Shown in pieces: positions 40,313 through 49,436 of a DNA stretch of 64,000 nucleotides. Location of the stretch: IMG/VR virus record IMGVR_UViG_3300033146_003955, positions 94,813 through 158,812 of that record. One strand, written 5' to 3'. Under the pieces are notes generated by a model. It was not told the DNA's origin. It ran no database searches and saw only the letters and a list, made by a program, of their open reading frames with translations. Within the stretch, counting starts at the first letter, position 1. Each line of letters begins with the position of its first letter. The translations under genes were made by a program, and so were the position numbers. The stretch comes from a virus.

Positions 40313-41447
40313 AGTTTTTTGCGATTGTCAGTGCTTCTTCAAAAGTGGTAATCTCTTCACCAAGCTGAAGTTCACTGATGTGATTAAGAATCTCTTTGAA
40401 AAGAGGTCCTGGCTTGAAACCCATATCGATAAGATGCCGGCCAGAAATAAGTGGTTCTGGCAGTTCAATCTGATCTTCAAGAGTCCCAACAAAGGATTTA
40501 ACTTTCTCAACCCAATCAAGTTTAGTCAGACAAGGCTCAGCACAAATTGCACTTTCAGTATCTGCTTTAGAAACAATAACAAGACTATCAAGTCTCTCAT
40601 CTGCAACAAGTCTACGCAGAGTTGATTTCTTCATTTCCTTAGCATATTTAATTCTCATATGATTTTCAACGAGCCAAACAATATCATTAGTTTCCTTACT
40701 TGAGAATCTCAGCCTGTTAAGTATGTCCCTTGCAATTTCAGCACCAGCTTTATCATGACCATGAGCTTTAATCATACCATCTTCGATAGTAAAAGTGGCA
40801 GGTTTTCCAATGTCATGAAGCAGCGCAGCCCAAAGAAGAATAACATTATCAGTCTCCTTCCTAACAGCATCAAGAGTCATCATAGAATGTACACCTACCG
40901 AACCTTCACTGTGCCATTTAGGTGCTTGTTCACATCTCCAAAGTTTCTCAACTTCAGGAAGGATTGGTTCAAGCAGACCAGATGCTCTAAGCATTTCAAT
41001 ACCAATAGATGGTTTAGGAGCCATAAGCATTTTATTCATTTCATCGTGAATTCTCTCCTGAGATACAGAATCAATTTCACCAGCATGTTTCTTAATTGCT
41101 CCCCAAGAAGCCTCATCAAGTTTGAAATCAAACTTCGAAGTGAAGCGGATCGCCCTAAGCATACGAAGTTTATCTTCTTCGATTCTTCTCTTAGGGGAAC
41201 CAACAAATTTAACCAGTCCGTTCATAAGGTCTTTTTCACCATGAGTAAAATCAAAAATCTCTTCACTAATAGGATCAAAGAAAAGTGCATTCATAGTAAG
41301 GTCTCTTCTCATAGCATCTTCCTTCATTGAAGAGAACTCAACACTATCAGGCCTACGACCGTCACTTTCCAAAGTTATACATTCACCTTCTGGATGGATG
41401 CAGTGCCCCTCAAACCATTTACATTTATTACACATTGTTTTGTTCAT
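40308..41447 (-). CDS. cca: class II CCA tRNA nucleotidyltransferase, C-terminal half with HD domain, fused behind a Cys-rich leader
   Basis: DGRRP, RRDLTMNAL, EDKLRMLRAIRF, ERIHDE, H.EG.V..H, LLHDIGKP, GPLFKEIL. Confidence 0.9.
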   Translation of the reverse strand: MNKTMCNKCKWFEGHCIHPEGECITLESDGRRPDSVEFSSMKEDAMRRDLTMNALFFDPISEEIFDFTHGEKDLMNGLVKFVGSPKRRIEEDKLRMLRAIRFTSKFDFKLDEASWGAIKKHAGEIDSVSQERIHDEMNKMLMAPKPSIGIEMLRASGLLEPILPEVEKLWRCEQAPKWHSEGSVGVHSMMTLDAVRKETDNVILLWAALLHDIGKPATFTIEDGMIKAHGHDKAGAEIARDILNRLRFSSKETNDIVWLVENHMRIKYAKEMKKSTLRRLVADERLDSLVIVSKADTESAICAEPCLTKLDWVEKVKSFVGTLEDQIELPEPLISGRHLIDMGFKPGPLFKEILNHISELQLGEEITTFEEALTIAKNW

Positions 41448-41453
41448 ATCTAT

Positions 41454-41481
41454 ATTATACCACGTTCTTTGAAATGTCCAA
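41454..41481 (-). promoter_or_regulatory. leaderless promoter TTGGACA-N15-TATAAT-N6-ATG
   Basis: same layout at 43010-43037 and 62988-63015. Confidence 0.75.
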
Positions 41482-41554
41482 AATTAAATATGCTAAAAAC
41501 ACAACCTTTTGTGGAAAGATGACAAGATAACTATATAACAATGAAGGAGCTAAT

Positions 41555-41692
41555 ATGGAAAGTGAAAAACAAGTTAGATTGGATAAGGAGACATGGGAGA
41601 CATTGAAAATAATGTCTGTTAAAGAAAATAAATCAATGAAACAAGTTATAAAGGAAATGGTGAATGATAGAGAAAGTAATAATAAACAATAA
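41555..41692 (+). CDS. ribbon-helix-helix DNA-binding protein, 45 aa (not in ORF track)
   Basis: MESEKQVRLDKETWETLKIMSVKENKSMKQVIKEMV; AAGGAG RBS; AAGATAA at 41524-41530. Confidence 0.7.
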   Translation: MESEKQVRLDKETWETLKIMSVKENKSMKQVIKEMVNDRESNNKQ

Positions 41693-42704
41693 AGAAATTA
41701 TAGTTAAAAATTATAATGAAATTATACATTCTCATAAATATGGTAAAGAAAAAATTACTCTATATATAAATAATGTCTATTATCTTAAAACAAAAGATTT
41801 TATCCAGTATACTTGTGATGGGTGTGGTAATGATGAAACTAAAGAATATGCTTATAATTATAATAAATATCACCAAAATGAAGTATTGTGTGGTGAATGT
41901 TTAAAAAAGAAATCAAGATTAGAAAAATATGGCGTTGAAAATTTCTTTCAAAAAAAAGAAATACATAAAAAAGCACGGATAAATAGATCAACACAAGAGG
42001 CTAAAAATAAAACTAAACAAACAAAATTAAGTCGTTACGGAACTGAAAATTATAATAATAAAGAAAAAACAAAACAAACATGCATAAAAAGATATGGCGG
42101 TAATAGTCCTATGTCTGACCCAGTAATTAAAGGAAAATTAAACATATATTGGAATAATTTAAAAAATGATGATTATAATACCAAGGTAAAAAATAAACGT
42201 AAAGAAACGTGTCTCAAAAAGTATGGAGTAGAATACACGACACAAACTGATATAATGAAAGAAAAGTCTAAACAAACTTGTTTAAAGAATTATGGTGTTG
42301 AATATCCAGCTCAAAATCCAGAAATTCATAGAAGACAGATGTCACGGTTTGGTAAAACTAATACATTAAAACAAATAAATGAAGATTTACATTATCAAAC
42401 TATTCCTGAATTAGAATGTATTGAATATTGCCAATTTAATAATACAAATATATGGGATGGTCCTTCTATACCTTACATATTTGAAAATAAAAAACATATC
42501 TATCATGTAGATTTTGAAACTGATGAATACATAATAGAGATAAAAGGAAGTCATGGCTGGTATAAAAAGAATTTAGCGTCAGGTAAAATAGAAGCCAAAA
42601 ACAAAGCAGCACAAGAATATGCTGCTTCTGTAAATAAAGAATTTTTGTTTCTATTAGATATTAAAAATTATCTTTTTTTAGGTTCAAAATTTTTACAAGA
42701 ATAA
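41664..42704 (+). CDS. free-standing putative homing endonuclease (zinc ribbon + YGVE repeats + PD-(D/E)XK)
   Basis: CDGC..CGEC, TCLKKYGVE repeats, YHVDF...IIEIKG; antisense, between the two cca halves. Confidence 0.8.
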   Translation: MIEKVIINNKEIIVKNYNEIIHSHKYGKEKITLYINNVYYLKTKDFIQYTCDGCGNDETKEYAYNYNKYHQNEVLCGECLKKKSRLEKYGVENFFQKKEIHKKARINRSTQEAKNKTKQTKLSRYGTENYNNKEKTKQTCIKRYGGNSPMSDPVIKGKLNIYWNNLKNDDYNTKVKNKRKETCLKKYGVEYTTQTDIMKEKSKQTCLKNYGVEYPAQNPEIHRRQMSRFGKTNTLKQINEDLHYQTIPELECIEYCQFNNTNIWDGPSIPYIFENKKHIYHVDFETDEYIIEIKGSHGWYKKNLASGKIEAKNKAAQEYAASVNKEFLFLLDIKNYLFLGSKFLQE

Positions 42705-43003
42705 TCATGAGTTCTGGCTTGAAAAGTAGCACACTCAAATTCTTCATTTTTATGGAGAACAACAATAATTCCAAACTGTTTACCGACAGGTACAGTTCTT
42801 GGAAAAAGAAATTCTATCTCCTCGGGACGTGCATCTGTAGCAATATCCACATCATGCGGCTCATGACCAAGAAGAATATCACGGACTGCGCCTCCCGCAA
42901 TAACGCCAGCAAAACCGTTATCTTTAAGGATGGAAATAACTTCAGTAGCAGCCTGAAACATACTTGAGTCTTTTATATTTTTGTTTAGTTTAATCTTTCT
43001 CAT
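42668..43003 (-). CDS. cca: class II CCA tRNA nucleotidyltransferase, N-terminal catalytic half
   Basis: AGGAVRDILLG..PHDVDIATDA.P, VGKQFG, EFECATF. Confidence 0.9.
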   Translation of the reverse strand: MRKIKLNKNIKDSSMFQAATEVISILKDNGFAGVIAGGAVRDILLGHEPHDVDIATDARPEEIEFLFPRTVPVGKQFGIIVVLHKNEEFECATFQARTHDYSCKNFEPKKR

Positions 43004-43009
43004 ACTTCT

Positions 43010-43037
43010 ATTATACCATATATTAGGAAATGTCCAA
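43010..43037 (-). promoter_or_regulatory. leaderless promoter TTGGACA-N15-TATAAT-N6-ATG
   Basis: same architecture as the promoter of the C-terminal half. Confidence 0.75.
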
Positions 43038-43043
43038 AACTCT

Positions 43044-43279
43044 AATATCCCATATATACTAACGTTTTATTCTCTAAATCAATTGTCTTAAATAATTTAA
43101 CCAATTCAAAAATGGCATATTCATAGCGGGAGGCATCTGAAACGGTTTCATCACATCTTCTTTGTTTTCAAATGAGAGAGTAACAATCCAGTCACCTTCT
43201 AAAAAAGTACATTCATCTTTAGCATGAAGTGAAAAAAGGATATAAAAAAGAATAAAAATACTATAAAATACTTTCTCAT
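43044..43279 (-). pseudogene. possible frameshifted secreted-protein gene
   Basis: AGGAG RBS; MRKYFIVFLFFFISFF, then a shift in a T-run continues SLHAKDECTFLEGDW. Confidence 0.35.
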
Positions 43280-43288
43280 AATAAACTC

Positions 43289-43666
43289 CTAATAATTATT
43301 GGTTAACTTAGATGTCAATTGATTAAGGGCAATTTCTGAAGCTGAAGCAAATTTAATAGTCATTATACCATCAATATTTAAATCAATACTCATAAAAGTA
43401 ATGTCATCATAATTATCTTCTACAGCTACCATAGCTTTGTGACAATTCATATATGCTTCGCTCATAATTCTACAATTTGTAGTTGTGTCATACTTCCTTA
43501 AAGAACGTATAGCTACTTTAATTGTATAATTCTTTTTCCTAGCATCACGCTTCCCTGTTGAAGTGAAGAGAGATGAAAACGGGGTATAATCTAATATATA
43601 ATCTTTTTTGGGGAAATTAGAGATAAATTCATTTATTATATCTGTATGTGCTTGCTCATCCAACAT
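43289..43666 (-). CDS. hypothetical protein
   Basis: GAGG RBS. Confidence 0.6.
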   Translation of the reverse strand: MLDEQAHTDIINEFISNFPKKDYILDYTPFSSLFTSTGKRDARKKNYTIKVAIRSLRKYDTTTNCRIMSEAYMNCHKAMVAVEDNYDDITFMSIDLNIDGIMTIKFASASEIALNQLTSKLTNNY

Positions 43667-43821
43667 TTATACCTCTTCATCTTCAATAAACATAGTATGA
43701 AGAATCAACTCTCCATACATTGGGCACACCATCAAACATTTTATCTATAACAAAAACATCCCAGTAAGATAGTATTCATAATATTCGTCTCTCAGGAGGA
43801 GAATTTTAGCTTCTTCAACAA

Positions 43822-44070
43822 TCATTGTAATTTGGCATATCCTTTAGCCATTTTATTACGAATTTTCTTTTTAATCTCCCAATCTACGTCATAGGAGGAG
43901 ACATGTTTAGATTGTATTTTTTTACCAATTCTAGCCCAATAAGTTGTATAACCATCATCTTCAGGTTGAATACACCAGAACTTATAATGTCCATCTTGGG
44001 TATTTACATATAGATTGGTAGGAAATTTAAGCAGTAGAAGTGCTTCATCCCATACTTCTAAGTTTTCCAT
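43822..44070 (-). CDS. WGR-domain-like protein
   Basis: HYKFW.I......YWARIG....K......KMAKGY. Confidence 0.7.
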   Translation of the reverse strand: MENLEVWDEALLLLKFPTNLYVNTQDGHYKFWCIQPEDDGYTTYWARIGKKIQSKHVSSYDVDWEIKKKIRNKMAKGYAKLQ

Positions 44071-44106
44071 ATAAATAAATATGCTTTACAAATAAAATTT
44101 ATGTAT

Positions 44107-44132
44107 AAAAAACCTTCATTTTCATGAAGGTT
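44107..44132 (-). terminator. intrinsic terminator
   Basis: AACCTTCAT-N4-ATGAAGGTT followed by T-run on - strand. Confidence 0.65.
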
Positions 44133-44137
44133 ATAAT

Positions 44138-44512
44138 TTATTTAACTATTTTAAGGACCGTTTTGGTCTTATGTAATTCTTTTTCTAATTCTAGATACTT
44201 TTTACCTTTTTTAGAATTGTTACCAAATTTACTCATTTTATTTTTAATAGATGATATCTTATTTTCGTATTGTTCAATTAATTCTTTTTTCTGTCTAGAA
44301 TCAACTTTTTCTAGGATGGGGTTTTTTTTAATACCATCTATATTATAAAGACTTATGGTAGTTTCTTCACCATCAGGATTCTTAAGAGTAAAATATTCCT
44401 CATCATCCTTCATATCTTTAATAGTCCAGGTATCAAGACTGTTAGGAATAGTTACTTCGTCGCCCACCTTAAGATCACCTTTTATTTCATTAACTATTTT
44501 TTTAAAATTCAT
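44138..44512 (-). CDS. possible head-internal protein
   Basis: MNFKKIVNE, internal ILE. Confidence 0.6.
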   Translation of the reverse strand: MNFKKIVNEIKGDLKVGDEVTIPNSLDTWTIKDMKDDEEYFTLKNPDGEETTISLYNIDGIKKNPILEKVDSRQKKELIEQYENKISSIKNKMSKFGNNSKKGKKYLELEKELHKTKTVLKIVK

Positions 44513-45582
44513 ATTAATACCTCACTTAATTTTTCTTCAATATTTTCATTATATTTTATTCTTATTAATTGTATGTTATTATCTTTACAATATTTATTTT
44601 TTATTGCATCATTTTGTTGTCGATATTTTAAACCTTTTTTACCATCCCAAATTTCTTTGATAACAAAATGTTGTTCACCATCATATTCTACTAATATATT
44701 TGTTTCAGGAAGATAAAAGTCAAAAGGCAACGGTTTGACATTTTTACAATCATTAAATTTATATTGTCTTATATATTGTATATTTTTATTATCTAAATAT
44801 TCAGCTACAGCTTTTTCACCTTTAGATTCATTACACTTAAAACAGCCTTTACCTTGTAAATGACTTTTCGGATTTTGTTCGAATAAGCCATGTTTTGGAC
44901 ATATTATTTTAATTTTAGTTTTATTGTTTATATATTTTACTAAAGAATAATCATATTTATTATTATGTTTTAATTTAACTTTTTGTATAAATTCACTATT
45001 ACTATATTTATATTTTCCAGAACATATTTTACAGCCTTGCCCGTTTAAATGTGCATATGGTTGCTGTTTAAATATACCGTGTTCTGGACATATTATTTTA
45101 ACTTTAGTTTTACTATCTTCATAATCGATTAATGAATAATTATATTTATTATTATGTTTTAATTTAGCTTTTTTAATAAATTCTTTTGTAGTTAATTTAT
45201 ATGTTGTACTACATTTAAAACATCCATGTGTATAATGATTATTTGGGGTTTGTTCAAATATACCATGTTCTGGACATATTATTTTAATTTTAGTACTATT
45301 ATTTATATAATCAACTAAAGAATAATCATATTTGTTGTTGTGAATTTTAGAAGCTTTTTTTATGAATTCTCCTGTAATCAATTTATGTTTATTCACGTTA
45401 CATTTTGAACAGCCTCTACCACGCAAATGGTTTGATATTAATTGCCAAAATATACCATGCTCTGGACATATTATTTTAACTTTAGTTTTACTATCTTTAT
45501 AATCAACTAAAGAATAATCATATTTATTCCCATGTACAGCTTTAGCTTTTTTTATAAATTCTTCAGTAGTTAACTTCTTCAT
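44509..45582 (-). CDS. putative homing endonuclease (KYDYSLV/ICPEHG zinc repeats + PD-(D/E)XK)
   Basis: four FIKKA..HxNKYDYSLV.Y...IICPEHG...GC..C repeats; LPFDFYLP...VEYDGEQH. Confidence 0.8.
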   Translation of the reverse strand: MKKLTTEEFIKKAKAVHGNKYDYSLVDYKDSKTKVKIICPEHGIFWQLISNHLRGRGCSKCNVNKHKLITGEFIKKASKIHNNKYDYSLVDYINNSTKIKIICPEHGIFEQTPNNHYTHGCFKCSTTYKLTTKEFIKKAKLKHNNKYNYSLIDYEDSKTKVKIICPEHGIFKQQPYAHLNGQGCKICSGKYKYSNSEFIQKVKLKHNNKYDYSLVKYINNKTKIKIICPKHGLFEQNPKSHLQGKGCFKCNESKGEKAVAEYLDNKNIQYIRQYKFNDCKNVKPLPFDFYLPETNILVEYDGEQHFVIKEIWDGKKGLKYRQQNDAIKNKYCKDNNIQLIRIKYNENIEEKLSEVLI

Positions 45583-45613
45583 ATATTTAATTATACTTTT
45601 GTTACAGTTTTAT

Positions 45614-48600
45614 CTAGGCTACCCCAGACCATGCTATAGTATAGACAACAACAATATCTCTAGCCGGAATACCCGTTGACGTTACAAACGCTTGTAAGTA
45701 ATCTAATGTTGTAAAATCAATATTAGTTGTTACAGATGAATAGCTCCCTGCAGTAAGACTAAACGTTGTTAACGGCGAAGCCGAATCATTATTCCTTCTA
45801 ACTTCTATTGTTTTAGTTTGATTACCTGAAGCAATTTTAGCTGTAATAGCTATTATAGTTCCAGACCGAGGCATTAGATAGCCCGTCATTGTTGCCGTGG
45901 CTCCATGTATATTCAAATATTTTCCATCAGCATTATTAGCACCAAAGTCATAAGTCATTTGTGTGGTAGAAAGCCATTTACTACGTGAATCGTCATATTG
46001 AAACATTATACTTAAATCTGTTCTGTAGAAGAGGTCTGCATCTTCTGCAGGAGTAGGGAACACAGTACCTTTAGGAACCTTGAACGCATCTATTTCAAAT
46101 TTAAGATTATCAATAGCATCTTGAACATTATCAGCAGGAATAAGAGTTACGGTATTATCGTAATAAACAACGTCTGATTTAGTTTCATTATACCATTCAC
46201 CAGAAGCATTTACTGTAAGTTTTGTTTTATCAAAAAATGTTCCACGAGTGGTCAATTCTCCAACTGAATTAACTATTGTAGAATTGGCACCCAACCAGCC
46301 AGCATAAGTTGTCATTGAACCACTTATAGTTGTTGTAGACGAGGAACCACCAACATTGGTGTTAAATGTCTCGACTACAGAACCAGTACCAATATTAATA
46401 TTAGCATCAACCTTAGAATCTCTTAACGTTAGTTTTGTTTGAACAGAGTTAACAGGTTTAGCATTGGTAGAATTATAAGTTAAACTAATTGTATTACTAC
46501 TAATTTGATAAACATTATTATATGCAGCTTCGCTAACATTTTCTAATGTTAAATTACCATCAAATGTAATGTCTTCTAATTCTAGAGATATAAGATTTTT
46601 ACCAGTTATATCTCCTGTAATCTTAGAATTTTTAATTAAACATGTAGATTCGAAAGTATTACCAGCATCAACAGCACCTTCAAAGTATACAGGTCCGTCA
46701 AGAACTATATCCTCAAATTTAAGTTTTGATAATCCACCGTTTAAAAGTGAAGATCTAAAAGCATCGCCTGACGTTGGTCTCACTATAGCGTTATTTCCTA
46801 CAAAAGTAACATTATCTAATCTATTATCATTAAATAGAATAGTTTCTTCATAAAGACCTGGAGCAACCCATATCACATAAGGATTATCCATCGTATTATC
46901 ATTATTATATTCTATTTTATTTACTGCAGCTTGAATAGTTAAATATGGAGCACCAAAACTTCCTCTGTGATCATTAGGGAGGGTAGTATCATTACCATTT
47001 TTAGCTACAAAAATTACATTATCAGGTTGAACTTTATAATTTTCAGCTATATAATCTATAGCAGCTTGAACATCTGTAACGTCTAATTCATTAACAATAT
47101 TTTTATTATAAAGGATGTTAATAGCATTATGATAATGAAGAAGATCCGCATCTGAACCATCAGTAAGTACTTCAGCTTCAGAAGCTAATATATCGGTTCC
47201 AGTATCAGCCGCTACTGCTTGAGTAAAAGTAACCGAGTGAGGATTAGTTATATCACCTTCATGATTATTCATATTAACTATGGTTAAATCGAGAGCAGTG
47301 TCGATTTCATCAATAGCGTCTTGTACATTAACAGCAGTTAAACCAGAAGTAGAATTATCATAAAAATTTCTTATAGCTTTAAATATTAATTCATATGTTC
47401 CATTAAAAACAAGTTTACTTTCGTCACAATCAATCCAGCCCCATGCAACACTACCCGATGTTTGGTTGTAATCTTTGAATGTACCATTAGAAATAATTTT
47501 TCCACCAACGAATCTTACACTTCCACCGGATTGAGTAATAACATCACCATTAGCAAATTGGAAAAAACCTTCACGAATTAATATTGAACCATTGGTAATA
47601 TTTGTTTGTCCTCCTTCTACAGAGGATAAGAAGAAATCTGTTGAACCATTATCAGCTCTGAACTCTCCATCATACATTTTAACTCTATTAAAAGTATAAT
47701 TATATGAACCATTTATAAATGTAGTTCTAGCACCAAGTCCAGCTTTTACAATAACATCAGTGAGGATGGGATCATTACCGGTTAAAACTAATGCATTATC
47801 AGAAGCTGTTGCTGATGTTGATTCAATTGTTATATTTTTTAATCCTGTTGAATTAAATCCTGTAGTTGCAATAGTTAAAGTATCATTAGATGATGATGTA
47901 ATTATAGTACTCTTTTTATCCCAACCTGAAATGTAAGTAAACTCTTTTGAAGTGTTTACATTTTCTTCGTATTCACCAGGCATAATTAAAATTAAATAAG
48001 GATTATTTGCAGTTGCAGCGTTTAAACCAGATGTGGGCACAGCATTGATAGCTGCTTGGATAGTTGAAAATGGGTTAGCAAATGTTCCAACAGTAACACC
48101 AATTTTATTATCATCTCCATTTTTAGCAACAACATGAAGATTATCTAAATCAATTCCGCCTTCAAGGGCAATTTCATCTATAGCAGCTTGAACTTCAACA
48201 GCTGTTAAGCCAGAAAGTGAATTGTTGTATGAAATAGCAGTAGCAGGGTGAGTATCAGCGACTTCTCTTCCGCCTATACTATTATGTGTTCCCCAATCTA
48301 CATCTGCAATTTTAGTCCAATTTACTCCGTCGTAAATATATTGAGCGCCTTTATTATCACCATCATCAGAAACTAATATAGACCAGTTATCTTCTGGAGT
48401 TTCTCCAATCCATTGACTTCCGTTCCATGTATATACCTCATCAGTATTATAATCTATAAATCTATCATCTATAACAGGAGCACCTTGATCAACCCAAGTA
48501 GAACCATCATATTTATAAAGATGACTATCATCAGTATCCATATAAAAATCACCGGTATTTCCTGCTGGAGGAGCAGAAGAAACTTGTACCGCTATTGCTA

Positions 48601-49093
48601 ATACTGGTAGTTGCCAATTAGGTGCACCAACATTTGGTGTATTAGTAATATTATCCCAATGCACTAATACAGTAGTTGGATTTGAAGTTGAGAGTTCTGT
48701 TTCAGTATAATATCTATTATCATGAATATGAAGAGAAGTGTCTGAACCGTCTGTTAATTCTTCAGTTTCAGCAGCGGTAATATCAGTATTAGGGTCCGCT
48801 GTAACTGTTTGAGTGAAGGTAACATTAGTTGGGTTATCATCATCATATCGAGATACAAGAGTTAAAGCTAATATACCGTCTTCTGGCGTTAAATCCCCAG
48901 AATTATCACCTATATCTGTAGTAGATACAACTAAGTCTGAAGGTGTATTAATAGCATCTGCCATATCAGGTGTGAGCCACCCAGTAATATCATTACTATC
49001 AATAGGTAGAGACATATTGTCTGCCAATACGATACCTAGATCTCTGAGATTTACTAGAGCTCCTGATGTATTTTTAAGATAATAGGTTGCCAT
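45614..49093 (-). CDS. fibre/spike protein with two beta-helix (pectin-lyase-like) segments
   Basis: N-module; VAKNG.D...P..TIQAA...PG.YEE twice; VQDAIDE repeats; shared C-module. Confidence 0.75.
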   Translation of the reverse strand: MATYYLKNTSGALVNLRDLGIVLADNMSLPIDSNDITGWLTPDMADAINTPSDLVVSTTDIGDNSGDLTPEDGILALTLVSRYDDDNPTNVTFTQTVTADPNTDITAAETEELTDGSDTSLHIHDNRYYTETELSTSNPTTVLVHWDNITNTPNVGAPNWQLPVLAIAVQVSSAPPAGNTGDFYMDTDDSHLYKYDGSTWVDQGAPVIDDRFIDYNTDEVYTWNGSQWIGETPEDNWSILVSDDGDNKGAQYIYDGVNWTKIADVDWGTHNSIGGREVADTHPATAISYNNSLSGLTAVEVQAAIDEIALEGGIDLDNLHVVAKNGDDNKIGVTVGTFANPFSTIQAAINAVPTSGLNAATANNPYLILIMPGEYEENVNTSKEFTYISGWDKKSTIITSSSNDTLTIATTGFNSTGLKNITIESTSATASDNALVLTGNDPILTDVIVKAGLGARTTFINGSYNYTFNRVKMYDGEFRADNGSTDFFLSSVEGGQTNITNGSILIREGFFQFANGDVITQSGGSVRFVGGKIISNGTFKDYNQTSGSVAWGWIDCDESKLVFNGTYELIFKAIRNFYDNSTSGLTAVNVQDAIDEIDTALDLTIVNMNNHEGDITNPHSVTFTQAVAADTGTDILASEAEVLTDGSDADLLHYHNAINILYNKNIVNELDVTDVQAAIDYIAENYKVQPDNVIFVAKNGNDTTLPNDHRGSFGAPYLTIQAAVNKIEYNNDNTMDNPYVIWVAPGLYEETILFNDNRLDNVTFVGNNAIVRPTSGDAFRSSLLNGGLSKLKFEDIVLDGPVYFEGAVDAGNTFESTCLIKNSKITGDITGKNLISLELEDITFDGNLTLENVSEAAYNNVYQISSNTISLTYNSTNAKPVNSVQTKLTLRDSKVDANINIGTGSVVETFNTNVGGSSSTTTISGSMTTYAGWLGANSTIVNSVGELTTRGTFFDKTKLTVNASGEWYNETKSDVVYYDNTVTLIPADNVQDAIDNLKFEIDAFKVPKGTVFPTPAEDADLFYRTDLSIMFQYDDSRSKWLSTTQMTYDFGANNADGKYLNIHGATATMTGYLMPRSGTIIAITAKIASGNQTKTIEVRRNNDSASPLTTFSLTAGSYSSVTTNIDFTTLDYLQAFVTSTGIPARDIVVVYTIAWSGVA

Positions 49094-49123
49094 TCTTATC
49101 TGTTCTCCTTAACTAATATATTA

Positions 49124-49435
49124 TTAATTTATTTTACTTTCTCTAACATCACCCATGACAGCTCTATCAAAATCAGCACCGTCTTCTTCATACGGACGAC
49201 CTTTTATATCTTGAATCAAACCAAGAAGAAAAGATTCAAATGATACACCCTTCTTTTCAGCACTTCTCCATTTAGCTATTTCTTCAGAATTGGCCCCTGC
49301 TTTTTTTAACATAGTAAGTTTTAAACTTGTTGGACTTCCATCTATATCGCCCAATTTATTAGTATTTCGTCTCATTTGACTATTAGAACTATAATTTATT
49401 TCGTTCAATTCTTTTTTTAATTTGTTAAATTTCAT
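49124..49435 (-). CDS. possible head-internal protein
   Basis: MKFNKLKKELNE. Confidence 0.6.
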   Translation of the reverse strand: MKFNKLKKELNEINYSSNSQMRRNTNKLGDIDGSPTSLKLTMLKKAGANSEEIAKWRSAEKKGVSFESFLLGLIQDIKGRPYEEDGADFDRAVMGDVRESKIN

Positions 49436-49436
49436 G

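Noticed and set aside
41448-42704. Group I intron or intein explaining the cca interruption
   Set aside because: The interval is filled by antisense ORFs and promoters with no room for a ribozyme core; no intein C-terminal HN motif; the downstream half has its own promoter.
43668-43825. Stop-codon reassignment suggested by in-frame TAG here and TGA near 35177
   Set aside because: TAG, TGA and TAA all end well-supported genes and long ORFs are intact in the standard code.
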